The notes: generated from the sequence alone by a model not told the origin. A DNA stretch of 64,000 nt from Candidatus Eiseniibacteriota bacterium (GCA_016867495.1 VGJL01000005.1:720-64719); one strand, 5' to 3'; positions 51,144 to 61,051 are shown, counted from the first letter of the stretch. Program-made: numbers and translations.

Positions 51144-51686
51144 ATGAGACGCATTTGGGTGCGACGGGCGTTCGAAACCGCTCTCATCATATTCGGTTTG
51201 GCGGTTTGCCCCCACCTGTCGGCGGGGCAGGAGATCAAGATCGGCTTCATCCGCTCCGCGACGATTCTCGACCAGTACGAAGGGGCGCGCGCGGTCACGC
51301 AGACGTTCAATCAGGACGTCACCGCCTGGAATCAGGAGGCGCAGCAGCGCCGGAAGGATCTCGATCTCCTCGGCAAGGAGCTCGAGTCGCAGTCGCCCAT
51401 GCTGACCGACCAGGTGCGGCGGGACAAGGAGGCGGACTACCAGCGCAAGCTCGCCGAGTATGACCAGTATGTCCAGGGGATCTGGGGCCCCGGCGGGCTC
51501 GTCGCGCAGCGAAACGAGGAGCTTCTCCGCGGCCTTGTCGACAAGATCCAGCGGGTGGCGCGGAAGATCGCCGACGAGGAAGAGTACGACTTTGTTTTCG
51601 ATGCCTCGGGGGGCAACATCATCTATGCTGACAGGGCGCACGATCTCACCCAGAAGGTGATCGAGGGCCTCAACCAACCCGAGTGA
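51144..51686 (+). CDS. skp: Periplasmic chaperone Skp/OmpH
   Basis: Signal peptide, KIGFI, coiled coil, YDFVFD...DLTQKV; between bamA and lpxD. Confidence 0.9.
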   Translation: MRRIWVRRAFETALIIFGLAVCPHLSAGQEIKIGFIRSATILDQYEGARAVTQTFNQDVTAWNQEAQQRRKDLDLLGKELESQSPMLTDQVRRDKEADYQRKLAEYDQYVQGIWGPGGLVAQRNEELLRGLVDKIQRVARKIADEEEYDFVFDASGGNIIYADRAHDLTQKVIEGLNQPE

Positions 51687-51723
51687 TGCGCGCTTCTGGA
51701 AGTCGACGGAGGGATTGAGGCGG

Positions 51724-52773
51724 ATGCGGATGCTGCTCAGCGAGCTGGCGGGGAGGCTGGGAGCGCTGCTCGAGGGAAACGGCGACGTCGAGATCAGCGG
51801 GGTTGCCGGCATACGGGAAGCCCGCGCCGGGCAGATCACGTTCCTTGCCAACCCGAAGTACGACTCCTTTCTCGCGACCACGGAGGCCTCCGCCGTGATC
51901 ATGCAAGCGCCGCGGCCCAACTGCCCCATCCCGGCGCTCATCGCGCCGAATCCCCAGCTCGCCTTCCTGACCGTTCTGAACATCTTCGCCGCGCAGAGAG
52001 GCCCGGTTGCTCCGGGAGTCCATCCGACGGCCGTGATCGGCGAGCGGGTCCGCATGGGCGCGGCAGCCTCGATAGGCCCCCACGTGGTCATCTGCGATGA
52101 TGTCGTCCTCGGCGATCGGGTCGCCGTCCTCGCGGGCTGCTACCTCGGCGGCGGCGTTCGGATCGGAGACGACGCTTTCATCTATCCGAACGTCGTCATA
52201 AGGGAAGGGACCGTGCTCGGGCAGCGGGTGATCGTTCACAGCGGCGCCATCCTCGGGAGCGATGGATTCGGATTCGCGCGCGACGGCGGGAAGATCCGCA
52301 AGATCCCGCAGATCGGCAACGTGGAGATCGGATCGGACGTCGAGATCGGAGCCAACACGACGATCGATCGGGCGACGACGGGAACGACGAGGATAGGATC
52401 TGGCACCAAGATCGACAATCTGGTCATGATCGCCCACAACGTGCAGGTGGGGGAGAACAGCCTCCTGTGCGCGCAGGTGGGGATCTCGGGAAGCACCATC
52501 CTGGGCAGCGATGTGACTCTCGCGGGGCAGGTCGGCGTTGTGGGGCACATCGAGCTGGGAGACGGAGTCCAGGTCGGAGCGCAGGGGGGAGTGACGAAGT
52601 CCGTCCCCTCCGGCCGTAGCGTCTCCGGCTATCCCGCGCTGCCGCACGAGCAGGCCCGGAGGGTCTACGCGTCGATGCGCCACCTGCCGGAGATGCTCAG
52701 AACGATCAGGGATCTCTGCCGGAGACTCGAGGAACTCGAGCGTCGGCCGGCGAAGCCCGAGGAGAACGCCTGA
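51724..52773 (+). CDS. lpxD: UDP-3-O-acylglucosamine N-acyltransferase
   Basis: TFLANPKY, hexapeptide repeats, [27 protein letters not shown]. Confidence 0.96.
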   Translation: MRMLLSELAGRLGALLEGNGDVEISGVAGIREARAGQITFLANPKYDSFLATTEASAVIMQAPRPNCPIPALIAPNPQLAFLTVLNIFAAQRGPVAPGVHPTAVIGERVRMGAAASIGPHVVICDDVVLGDRVAVLAGCYLGGGVRIGDDAFIYPNVVIREGTVLGQRVIVHSGAILGSDGFGFARDGGKIRKIPQIGNVEIGSDVEIGANTTIDRATTGTTRIGSGTKIDNLVMIAHNVQVGENSLLCAQVGISGSTILGSDVTLAGQVGVVGHIELGDGVQVGAQGGVTKSVPSGRSVSGYPALPHEQARRVYASMRHLPEMLRTIRDLCRRLEELERRPAKPEENA

Positions 52774-52774
52774 C

Positions 52775-54085
52775 ATGCCTCAGCAGAGAACTCTGGCCGG
52801 CCCCGCCACGATCCGCGGCATCGGTCTCCACACGGGTATCGAGACACAGCTCACGCTGAAGCCGGCCGAGGCGGACACCGGAGTCCGTTTCGTCCGCGTC
52901 GACATCTCAGGTCGGCCCGAGGTCCGCGTCTGTCCTGAGAACGCCGGGAATCTCGCCTCGGCGATGCGCCGGACGGTCCTCCGGGCGGGTTCGACCGAAG
53001 TCCATACCGTTGAGCATGTGCTGGCCTCCTTGGCCGGGCTTTCGATCGACAATGCCGTCCTCGAAATCGACGGCCCCGAGGCCCCCGAGCCGATTGACGG
53101 CAGCGCGCGCCCGATCGTCGAGGCCATCCTGGCGGCGGGAATCGCGGAGCAGAAGGCCGAGCGCCGCCCGCTGAAGCTGGCGGAACCGATCGCGCACTCG
53201 GAACGGGGCGCGCAGATCATCGGCCTTCCCCACGACGGATTCCGGATCTCCTTCACGATCCACTATGACAGCGCCCTCGTCGGCACCCAGCACGCGAGCT
53301 ATGAGATCACTCCGGAGACCTTCGCGAAGGAGATCGCGCCCGCAAGGACCTTTGTCCTCTTCCGCGACGTCCAGGCCCTTCGGGACGCGGGAATGATCAA
53401 GGGTGGATCGACCCGCAACGCGGTCGTGGTGCATGACGATCGCATTGAGTCGGACGAGCCCCTCCGCTACCAAGACGAGTTCGTGCGCCACAAGATCCTC
53501 GACTTGATCGGCGATCTCTCGCTGCTGGGCCGCCCGATCGAGGGGCATGTGCTTTCGCTCCGCAGCGGCCATGACTCGAACGTGCAGTTCGTGAAGAAGA
53601 TCTGCGCCGCGCAGACCCAGGCCTCGCCGTACGAGAAGCTGGCGGATCTCGTCCACTTCGACATCCAGGCGATCGAGCGGATCATGCCGCATCGCTACCC
53701 CATGCTCCTCGTGGACCGGATCCTGTTGATCGAGGAAGGGCGGAGGGTGGTCGGACTGAAGAACGTGACGATCAACGAACCCTTCTTCGCCGGCCACTTT
53801 CCCGGCCATCCGATCATGCCGGCCGTTCTCATCATCGAGGCCATGGCCCAGGTGGGTGGGGTCCTGTTGTTGCACACGGTGGATGAGCCTGACGACAAGC
53901 TGGTCTACTTCATGGGAATCGACAAGGCGAAGTTCCGCAGGCCTGTCCTTCCCGGGGATCAACTCATCTTCGATCTCGAGATGGCGAAGATGAAGAGCCG
54001 GATCTGCAAGATGGCGGGACGCTGCTTCTGTCGCGGCCAGCTCGTGGCCGAGGCCGATCTGCTCTCGATGATCGTCGACCGGTAG
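52775..54085 (+). CDS. lpxC-fabZ: Bifunctional LpxC deacetylase / FabZ dehydratase
   Basis: GIGLHTG, TVEHVLA, RHKILDLIGD; then PHRYPMLLVD, EPFFAGHFP, EAMAQ. Confidence 0.96.
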   Translation: MPQQRTLAGPATIRGIGLHTGIETQLTLKPAEADTGVRFVRVDISGRPEVRVCPENAGNLASAMRRTVLRAGSTEVHTVEHVLASLAGLSIDNAVLEIDGPEAPEPIDGSARPIVEAILAAGIAEQKAERRPLKLAEPIAHSERGAQIIGLPHDGFRISFTIHYDSALVGTQHASYEITPETFAKEIAPARTFVLFRDVQALRDAGMIKGGSTRNAVVVHDDRIESDEPLRYQDEFVRHKILDLIGDLSLLGRPIEGHVLSLRSGHDSNVQFVKKICAAQTQASPYEKLADLVHFDIQAIERIMPHRYPMLLVDRILLIEEGRRVVGLKNVTINEPFFAGHFPGHPIMPAVLIIEAMAQVGGVLLLHTVDEPDDKLVYFMGIDKAKFRRPVLPGDQLIFDLEMAKMKSRICKMAGRCFCRGQLVAEADLLSMIVDR

Positions 54086-54103
54086 GGTGGCGGGGGTTAC
54101 TCC

Positions 54104-54877
54104 ATGCCGAAGATCGATCCCTCGGCTCGCGTCTCACTGCACGCCGAGCTTGCCGATGACGTCCGCGTCGGACCCTGGTGCATCGTGGGCAGGAAGGTCC
54201 GGCTCGCGTCCGGGTGCGTGCTCGACTCGAACGTCCTGATCGACGGAGACACCCATGTGGGGCCGAACTGCCGCTTCCATCACGGGGCGGCGATCGGTAC
54301 CGCCCCGCAGGATCTGAAGTACCGCGGCGCGCCCTCCTCCCTCATCATCGGGAGCGGGAATGTCTTCCGCGAGTGCAGCACGGTCAATCGCGCGACGGGG
54401 GCGGGGGAGGCGACGCGGATCGGTGACAGCAATCTGATCATGTCCTACGCCCACATCGCCCACAACTGCGTGATCGGCAGCCACGTGATCCTGGCCAACT
54501 CGGCCAATGTAGCCGGGCATGTCGAGATGGGCGACTATGCGATCGTCGGCGGGGTGACGCCGGTCCACCAGTTCGTGAAGATCGGAGCCCACTCGATCAT
54601 TGGGGGCGGTTGCAGGGTTCCCAAGGACGTCGTGCCCTACGTGAGGGCGGCGGGAGAGCCTCTGCGCGTCAACGGACTGAACTCGATCGGTCTACAGCGG
54701 CGCGGATTCGGAGATGACCTGCGCTCCGAACTCAAGAAGGCATACAGGATCTTCTTCCGCAAGAACCTCCTCGTTGCCGATGCCCTTGCCCGCATCCGCA
54801 GCGAGTGCAAACCGTATCCGGAGGTGGAGTACTTCTGCAGTTTCGTGGAGCGCTCTGAGCGCGGGATCACCCGTTGA
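54104..54877 (+). CDS. lpxA: UDP-N-acetylglucosamine acyltransferase
   Basis: PQDLKY, AHIAHNC, AGHV, VHQF, GLNSIGLQRRG. Confidence 0.96.
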   Translation: MPKIDPSARVSLHAELADDVRVGPWCIVGRKVRLASGCVLDSNVLIDGDTHVGPNCRFHHGAAIGTAPQDLKYRGAPSSLIIGSGNVFRECSTVNRATGAGEATRIGDSNLIMSYAHIAHNCVIGSHVILANSANVAGHVEMGDYAIVGGVTPVHQFVKIGAHSIIGGGCRVPKDVVPYVRAAGEPLRVNGLNSIGLQRRGFGDDLRSELKKAYRIFFRKNLLVADALARIRSECKPYPEVEYFCSFVERSERGITR

Positions 54878-55929
54878 CGGTGCGCGAAGTGGAACCACTC
54901 CCCGTCGCGATCGTCGGTTGCGGTCATCTCGGGACCTATCACGCGCGCGTCTACGCGCGGACGCCCGGTTGCCGGGTCGTTGCCGTCGTCGACAGCGATC
55001 CGCACAAGGCGCAAAAGCTCGCGGCCGAGTTGAGCTGCGACGCCCTGCAGACGATCGACTCCCTGCCTGGCAGGGTCGCGGCCGCGAGCATCGCGACGCC
55101 GACGACGACCCACGAGGAAGTCGCCCTCCCGCTTCTGGCGGGAGGCGTTGACCTCCTCATCGAGAAACCGCTGGCGGCGGATTCCGCCGCCGGCGCGCGC
55201 GTCGTCGCCGCCGCGCGCAAGGCGGGCCGGACGCTCGCCGTGGGGCAGATCGAGCGATGCAACCCGGCCTTCCTCGTCGCTCGGCGAGAGCTCAGGACCC
55301 CGCAGTTCATCGAATCCCACAGGCTGGCGACCTTCGTGCCCCGGAGCCTCGATGTCGACGTGATCCTCGATCTCATGATCCACGATCTGGACCTCGTCCT
55401 CTCACTCGTCCAGTCCCCCGTGGAAGCGATCGACGCGGTGGGAGTTTCCGTGATCACGGATGGAGCGGACATCGCGAACGCGCGCCTGCGGTTCGCGGAC
55501 GGCCGCGTCGCGAACTTGACGGCGAGCCGCGTCTCGAGACAGCGGATGCGCAAGATCCGCTTCTTCGAGCGCTCGCGCTACGTCTCCATCGACCTGAACG
55601 CTCGCAAGGTGGACGTCATCCGCCTCTCTCGGGCGAGCGGCTTCGCCCCGCCGGGGGAGCCGGGGCATGGGACAGGCGCCCAGGCGCCGCTGCCGCCGGA
55701 GGCTGCGATGCTCGCGGCGAAGGGGCTCGCCTTGAGCCACGAGACGATCGACGTGAGCGAGGGCGACGCCCTCGAGAACGAGATCGAGGCCTTTCTGGCG
55801 GGCTGCCGAGGCCTCGGCCCCGTCGCGGTAGACGGGGAGGCGGGGTTGAAGAGCCTCGACCTCGCGCTGCAGGTGCGCGCCGCCGTCGCGCGCAGCGTGG
55901 AGCGACTGGGAGATCTCGACTCGCGATGA
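54874..55929 (+). CDS. Gfo/Idh/MocA oxidoreductase, GnnA-like
   Basis: GCGHLG, IEKP, ERCNPA, DVILDLMIHDLD, DIANARL, TASRVS; located between lpxA and lpxB. Confidence 0.8.
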   Translation: MTVREVEPLPVAIVGCGHLGTYHARVYARTPGCRVVAVVDSDPHKAQKLAAELSCDALQTIDSLPGRVAAASIATPTTTHEEVALPLLAGGVDLLIEKPLAADSAAGARVVAAARKAGRTLAVGQIERCNPAFLVARRELRTPQFIESHRLATFVPRSLDVDVILDLMIHDLDLVLSLVQSPVEAIDAVGVSVITDGADIANARLRFADGRVANLTASRVSRQRMRKIRFFERSRYVSIDLNARKVDVIRLSRASGFAPPGEPGHGTGAQAPLPPEAAMLAAKGLALSHETIDVSEGDALENEIEAFLAGCRGLGPVAVDGEAGLKSLDLALQVRAAVARSVERLGDLDSR

Positions 55930-57053
55930 CGCGCCTCTTGCTCGTCGCGGGCGAGGCCTCCGGAGACCTGCACGGCGGCCTGCTCGCGCGGGCGCTGCGG
56001 GAGCGGATGCCGACGGTGGAGCTCTACGGGCTCGGCGGATCCGAGATGGAGCGGGCGGGCGTGCGCCTGATCGCGCGAAGCGACGAGATGGGCGTCACGG
56101 GCCTCGCGGAGGTTGTTCGGGAGCTGCCGCGCCTCAGGAAGCGTCTGGGCGAGATGGCCCGCTGGATCGAGACCGAGCGCCCCGACGCCTTCATTCCGAT
56201 CGACTACCCCGACTTCAACCTCCGGCTCGCCGCCCGCGCCAGGGAGGCGGGGATCCCGACCATCTATTACATCGCTCCCCAAGCGTGGGCGTGGCGGCGA
56301 GGCCGGATCCGCTCGATGCGCCGCCTCATCCGGAGGCTGGTCGTGATCTTCCCATTCGAGGAGGAGTTCTACCGGCGCGAGGGGATTGCGGTGACCTATG
56401 TCGGACACCCGCTCGTGGAACGAGTCCGCGCGGGGCGCTCTCGCGAGGAGATCCGGCAATCGCTTGGGGTGGGCACCGGCGAATGGCTTGTGGCGCTGCT
56501 GCCGGGCAGCCGCAGGAGCGAGATCGAGAGGATCCTGCCCGTCCTGTTGGCCACCAGGGAGAGGCTCCGCGGCGATGCCCGAATTCGGTGGGTTCTCGCA
56601 CTCGCCCCTGGTCTGGGAGAGAAAGCGATTGAGATCTCGCGAGGGGCCGGCGAGAGCGTGGCCGTCAGGCAGGGGCAGACCTACGACATCCTCGCGGCGG
56701 CCGATCTCGCCATCGTCGCCTCGGGGACGGCGACGCTCGAAGGAGCGATTCTCGGAACGCCGATGCTCGTCGTCTACCGCATGCACCCCCTGACATGGCT
56801 CCTCGCAAGCCGCCTCGTCCGCGTGCCTCATGTCGCGATGGCCAACTTGCTGGCTGGGGAGCGGGTCGTGCCCGAGTTCCTGCAGGGGCGGGCGGATCCC
56901 GTGGGGTTGTCGCGCGAGGTGGTCGATTGGCTCGAGGACCCGGAGCGCAGGCGCGCGACAAGCGAGAGGCTCCGGCTGGCCGCCTCCGGCCTGGGCGACG
57001 GAGGGGCGCCAAGCCGCGCGGCCGAGGCGATCCTGGCGGAGCTAGGCTCTTGA
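55926..57053 (+). CDS. lpxB: Lipid-A-disaccharide synthase
   Basis: AGEASGD, IDYPDFN, PQAWAWR, FPFE, VGHP, LPGSR..E, SGTATLE. Confidence 0.96.
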   Translation: MTRLLLVAGEASGDLHGGLLARALRERMPTVELYGLGGSEMERAGVRLIARSDEMGVTGLAEVVRELPRLRKRLGEMARWIETERPDAFIPIDYPDFNLRLAARAREAGIPTIYYIAPQAWAWRRGRIRSMRRLIRRLVVIFPFEEEFYRREGIAVTYVGHPLVERVRAGRSREEIRQSLGVGTGEWLVALLPGSRRSEIERILPVLLATRERLRGDARIRWVLALAPGLGEKAIEISRGAGESVAVRQGQTYDILAAADLAIVASGTATLEGAILGTPMLVVYRMHPLTWLLASRLVRVPHVAMANLLAGERVVPEFLQGRADPVGLSREVVDWLEDPERRRATSERLRLAASGLGDGGAPSRAAEAILAELGS

Positions 57054-57076
57054 GCCGGAAGCCCAACCCTTCGGCG

Positions 57077-57835
57077 ATGGAGAGCCGTCCGCAGGTGCCC
57101 GATGCGGACTCGACGCGCAGAGGCGGCCGGAGGCGGGATCGCCGCCCGCCGCCGCCGCGCGAGCTCCTCCCCACACTGAAGTACCGCCTGATTGGGCTGC
57201 TCGGAGCCGCCCTCGTCAGGATCTGGGGAGCCACCCTCCGGATCGAGTTCCTGAACGACGATCACCGGCGCGCCGCCGAGGATGCGGGCGAGCGTGTGGC
57301 CTACGCCTTCTGGCACGGGATCCTGCTGCCGCTGGCCTATACGCATCGAGGCCGCGGGATCGTCGTCCTGGTCAGCCGCCACGGCGACGGGGAGATCATC
57401 AGCCAGATCGTCTGCCGCCTCGGCTACGGCGTCGTCCGCGGCAGTTCGACCCGGGGCGGAGCGAGGGCCATGGTCGAGATGGCGCGCGCCGCCCGCGCCG
57501 GGCATCCCCTCGCGGTGACGCCGGACGGCCCAAGGGGACCGAGACGCGAGCTGCAGCCGGGGCTCCTCCACATTGCGCATCGCGGCGGCGTCCCGATCGT
57601 GCCGGTGGCGCTCGAGGCCCTGCGCAGAACCGAGCTCTCCTCGTGGGACCGATTCCTGATCCCGCATCCGTTCTCGCGGGTTGCGATCGCGACCGGGCCG
57701 AAGATCACGATTCCCGCCGGGGTGTCCGCGCAGGATCTGGAGTCGGAGTGGGCCCCGCGGGTCGCCGCGGCGCTCCGGGCCGTCTGCGAAGCCGCGGCCG
57801 CATGGCGCGCGGCCCACGGGAAGGCGTCGTGCTGA
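57077..57835 (+). CDS. DUF374 lysophospholipid acyltransferase family protein (LpxJ-like)
   Basis: FWHG, SRHGDGE, RGSSTRGG, TPDGPRGP, SWDRFLIP.PFS. Confidence 0.85.
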   Translation: MESRPQVPDADSTRRGGRRRDRRPPPPRELLPTLKYRLIGLLGAALVRIWGATLRIEFLNDDHRRAAEDAGERVAYAFWHGILLPLAYTHRGRGIVVLVSRHGDGEIISQIVCRLGYGVVRGSSTRGGARAMVEMARAARAGHPLAVTPDGPRGPRRELQPGLLHIAHRGGVPIVPVALEALRRTELSSWDRFLIPHPFSRVAIATGPKITIPAGVSAQDLESEWAPRVAAALRAVCEAAAAWRAAHGKASC

Positions 57836-59217
57836 TCGCTTTCATCGTCTACCAGGCCATCGCCGCGCTCGGCGCCCTGATCGGCATCCTCTACCTTGCG
57901 ATCAGGCGGCCGGGAGAGATCGGGGAGCGCCTGGGACTCGGCCCGCGGCGGGCCCGGGGAGGGGTCTGGATCCACGCGGCAAGTCTGGGCGAGTTCGAGG
58001 CCGCTCTTCCTCTCCTCGGCCCGCAGGGGCTTGCGAGCGAACCGGATGGCATCCTCCTCTCCTGCACCAACGCGACGGCGAGGGAGAGAATCCGCGCGAG
58101 ACTCCCCGCCGGCGCGCGCGTGCGTCTGGCGCCGATCGACTTGCTCCCGTGCGTTGCCGGCGCCCTCGCGCGCGAGCGCCCGCGTCTGCTCCTCTTCCTG
58201 GAAACCGAGATCTGGCCCGCGTGGATTCTCGCCGCCGCGAAGCGCGGGATTCCAATGGCGCTGGCGAGCGGTCGCCTGTCCGACCGGAGTCTTCCGCGCT
58301 ACCGGCTCCTCCGAGGCGCGCTGAGGCCGGTCCTGTCTCGCTTCAAGGTCATCGGATGCCGCACGGAGGAGGACCGGCGCCGCTGGATCGCCATCGGCGC
58401 CCCGCCCGATCGTTGCCGCGTGTGGGGCAACACGAAGTACGCGTTGGGGACCGCGCCATCGCGGCCGCGACGTGGCGCGCGAGCGGCCCGGGAGAGGCGC
58501 CTTCTGGTCGGGGGCTCGCTCCGCCGGGGGGAAGAGTCGATTCTGGATCTCCTGGACGGGGGTCGCGAGCGACGCTGGCGACTCCTCCTGGCTCCGCGCC
58601 ACTTGTCGAGCCTGGATCGCTGGGAAGACTGCCTGCTGCGCCGCGGCGTGCCCGCGGCCCGTCTCTCGCTCGCGGGGATCGATCCGGCTGGGTCTCCGGA
58701 GGGGGCTCAAGCGCTCCTGCGCCGCGACGACCGATTGCCGCCGGTCCTCCTCCTCGATCGCATGGGGCTCTTGCAGCCGTCCTATCGGATCGCCGACGCG
58801 GCCTTCGTAGGGGGAACGTGGGTTCCAATTGGAGGGCACAACCTCTTCGAAGCCGCGCGTGAGGGGATTCCGGTCTTCTTCGGACCCTCCACGGCCGGCG
58901 TACGCGACGCCGCCGAGGCGCTGACGGCAACCGGCGGGGGGAGGTGCGTGGAAGGTCCGCACGAACTTGCCGCGGCCCTCGACGCTCTCGATCGCGATCC
59001 CGGGGGATTCGACTCGATGGGGGAGGCGGCGCTGCGCGCCGCGGTCTCGCTTTGCGGAGGGGCTGAGAGAACGCTTCGTGGGCTCGCGGCCGCGGGGCTG
59101 CTCACTTCCAGCGCGAGCGCCACACCAGGGGATCTGGGAGAAGCTCCCTCGAGCATGGCGGACGAGGGGAGATCGCGGATGGCTGAGAGATCTCGCCGCG
59201 AGAGGGGGCGCCCGTGA
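57829..59217 (+). CDS. waaA: Kdo transferase
   Basis: WIHAASLGE, APID, ETEIWP, GNTKY, LAPRH, GGHNLFEAA. Confidence 0.9.
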   Translation: MLIAFIVYQAIAALGALIGILYLAIRRPGEIGERLGLGPRRARGGVWIHAASLGEFEAALPLLGPQGLASEPDGILLSCTNATARERIRARLPAGARVRLAPIDLLPCVAGALARERPRLLLFLETEIWPAWILAAAKRGIPMALASGRLSDRSLPRYRLLRGALRPVLSRFKVIGCRTEEDRRRWIAIGAPPDRCRVWGNTKYALGTAPSRPRRGARAARERRLLVGGSLRRGEESILDLLDGGRERRWRLLLAPRHLSSLDRWEDCLLRRGVPAARLSLAGIDPAGSPEGAQALLRRDDRLPPVLLLDRMGLLQPSYRIADAAFVGGTWVPIGGHNLFEAAREGIPVFFGPSTAGVRDAAEALTATGGGRCVEGPHELAAALDALDRDPGGFDSMGEAALRAAVSLCGGAERTLRGLAAAGLLTSSASATPGDLGEAPSSMADEGRSRMAERSRRERGRP

Positions 59218-60272
59218 TGAGGCGCCTCCGCGGATGGATCGATGCGGCCTGGGGGAGCCCGCCAGGCCCGGCGCCGCGCGGGATCTGGCTGCTCGAGACG
59301 GCGGCCACTGTCTATCGGGGTTGCGTGCGACTCCACCGTCCCAGGCAGCAGCGGGCGCCGATCCCGGTCGTGTCGGTTGGATCGCTCTGGGCCGGCGGAG
59401 CCGGGAAGACGCCCCTCGCGATGGAGATCGCCCGTCTCGCGCGGATCGAGGATCTGGCCCCGGCCGTTCTGTTGAGGGGGTATGGAGGATCGACCCGGCG
59501 TGGGGTTCGGGAAGTGCCCGGCAGCCGGGCGGCGGGAGACTGGCGGATCTACGGCGACGAAGCATGCCTGCATGCGGATGCGGGCACTGCGCGGATCTTC
59601 GTGGGGCGCTCCAGACTCGATGCGAGCAGGAGGGCTCACCAGAAGGGATGCACGATCGCGATCCTGGACGATGGGATGCAGCACAGGCGCCTCGCGCGCG
59701 ACTGGGAGATCGTGACCCTTCCCGCCGATCTCCCGCTCGGGAACGGCCGGCTGCTGCCGCGAGGACCATTGCGGGAGGATCCCACGGCTCTTCGCCGGGC
59801 ATCCCTCGTCATCATGGCCCACCACGCCCGGGCTGCCGTGGCCCAAGAGGAGTGGAGGCCCGTGCGGGCGCTCTGCCGGCCGGGAACTCCGATCTTCTCC
59901 TGGATCCCGCGACTCGAGGTCTCGCTCCCTGGAGGGGACGCGCTCGGAGGCGGAGCGACGATCGGCCTTCTCTGCGGGATCGGGAGACCAGATCTTTTCG
60001 AGAGGGCCCTTCGCGACGCAGGGTATGCCGTCGCGATGAAGTGCGTCTTCCCCGACCACCATCCGTTCTCGCAGAGCGAGATCGACGCCGTCTTCGAGCG
60101 CGCACGAGGCGCGGGCCTGGCCGCCATCGTCACGACCAGGAAGGATGCGGTCCGCCTCGCCGGCATGGAGACGCGGAGAGGGGTGCCTCTCTGCACGGCG
60201 GGGATGACGCTCGTTTGGCGAGAGGCCGACGCGGCCGACTACATCAGGAAGCGGCTTCGAGAGCTGCGATAG
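59214..60272 (+). CDS. lpxK: Tetraacyldisaccharide 4'-kinase
   Basis: GGAGKTP, RGYG, GDEA, DDGMQH, LLPRGPLRE, FPDHH, KDAVR. Confidence 0.92.
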   Translation: MMRRLRGWIDAAWGSPPGPAPRGIWLLETAATVYRGCVRLHRPRQQRAPIPVVSVGSLWAGGAGKTPLAMEIARLARIEDLAPAVLLRGYGGSTRRGVREVPGSRAAGDWRIYGDEACLHADAGTARIFVGRSRLDASRRAHQKGCTIAILDDGMQHRRLARDWEIVTLPADLPLGNGRLLPRGPLREDPTALRRASLVIMAHHARAAVAQEEWRPVRALCRPGTPIFSWIPRLEVSLPGGDALGGGATIGLLCGIGRPDLFERALRDAGYAVAMKCVFPDHHPFSQSEIDAVFERARGAGLAAIVTTRKDAVRLAGMETRRGVPLCTAGMTLVWREADAADYIRKRLRELR

Positions 60273-60341
60273 AGGGACCGACCTGCGCGGTCCGCCACGT
60301 CACGAAGGACAGCGGTTCGATCGTCCGGACCGGGCTCGGAT

Positions 60342-60905
60342 CTACTCGTCGCCCCAGTTGGCGCAGTGGACGGGGAGGCTCCCCTTGACGACCACCTCTT
60401 CCCGCGAGTCCTCTTCCACCCCGTAGAGGGTGATCTCGGCTGTGAACCTGATCTCGCCGCCCAGGTAAGCGAGTTGATCGAGCGGGGGGGCCTGCTTGTA
60501 TTCCGCGGGGATGACCGTGACCTCGCCGATCGCGGTCGAGCCGCTCGGGATCCTGAGGTAGAGCCCGCCGGAGATGTTCGGCAGCTCGAGTTCGGAGGGA
60601 AGGCGGACGGAGTACCGGTTGAGGACAACTGCGCCGAAGGGGCCGTTCGCCCGCATACTGAGCCCGGCGTCGTGCGGTCGGTTGCGCAGGACGATGGGAA
60701 CCTGGTCCTCCACGATGAAGTCGTCGTCGGTTCCCGGCTCCCCGTCGTCGCCGTTGTTATAGACGTCGCTGTCGAGAACCTCGTTGCCGTTGATCGATTC
60801 GATGTTCACCGACGAGCGGGGAGCCGAGTCGTCGCTACAACCCACGACGAAGAGAAGACCAGTCAACAGACAGAGCGATGAGAAGAAGAGGAACCGCCGT
60901 GGCAT
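60342..60905 (-). CDS. Hypothetical acidic lipoprotein
   Basis: MPRRFLFFSSLCLLTGLLFVVGC lipobox, GGAGG SD, acidic NGDDGEPGTDDD loop. Confidence 0.75.
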   Translation of the reverse strand: MPRRFLFFSSLCLLTGLLFVVGCSDDSAPRSSVNIESINGNEVLDSDVYNNGDDGEPGTDDDFIVEDQVPIVLRNRPHDAGLSMRANGPFGAVVLNRYSVRLPSELELPNISGGLYLRIPSGSTAIGEVTVIPAEYKQAPPLDQLAYLGGEIRFTAEITLYGVEEDSREEVVVKGSLPVHCANWGDE

Positions 60906-60944
60906 GAGACGACCTCCCCGGGCGCGATGGCCCGGCAAATCCCT

Positions 60945-60973
60945 TTGCCGGTAGTATCGGCCGTCGATATACT
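60945..60973 (+). promoter_or_regulatory. Sigma70-type promoter for nadB, overlapping an inverted repeat
   Basis: TTGCCG-17bp-TATACT; CCGGCAAA-TCCC-TTTGCCGG at 60932-60951. Confidence 0.55.
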
Positions 60974-61051
60974 GCGCTGAATGGAAATGAGGAGCTTCAG
61001 CAGAGAGCGCCCGGCCGCCCGCGACCGGGCGGCATCGAGGCGAGGCGCGCC

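Noticed and set aside
52775-54085. LpxC-FabZ fusion as a novelty
   Set aside because: The fusion is well known in Bacteroidota and related phyla; useful only as a lineage clue.
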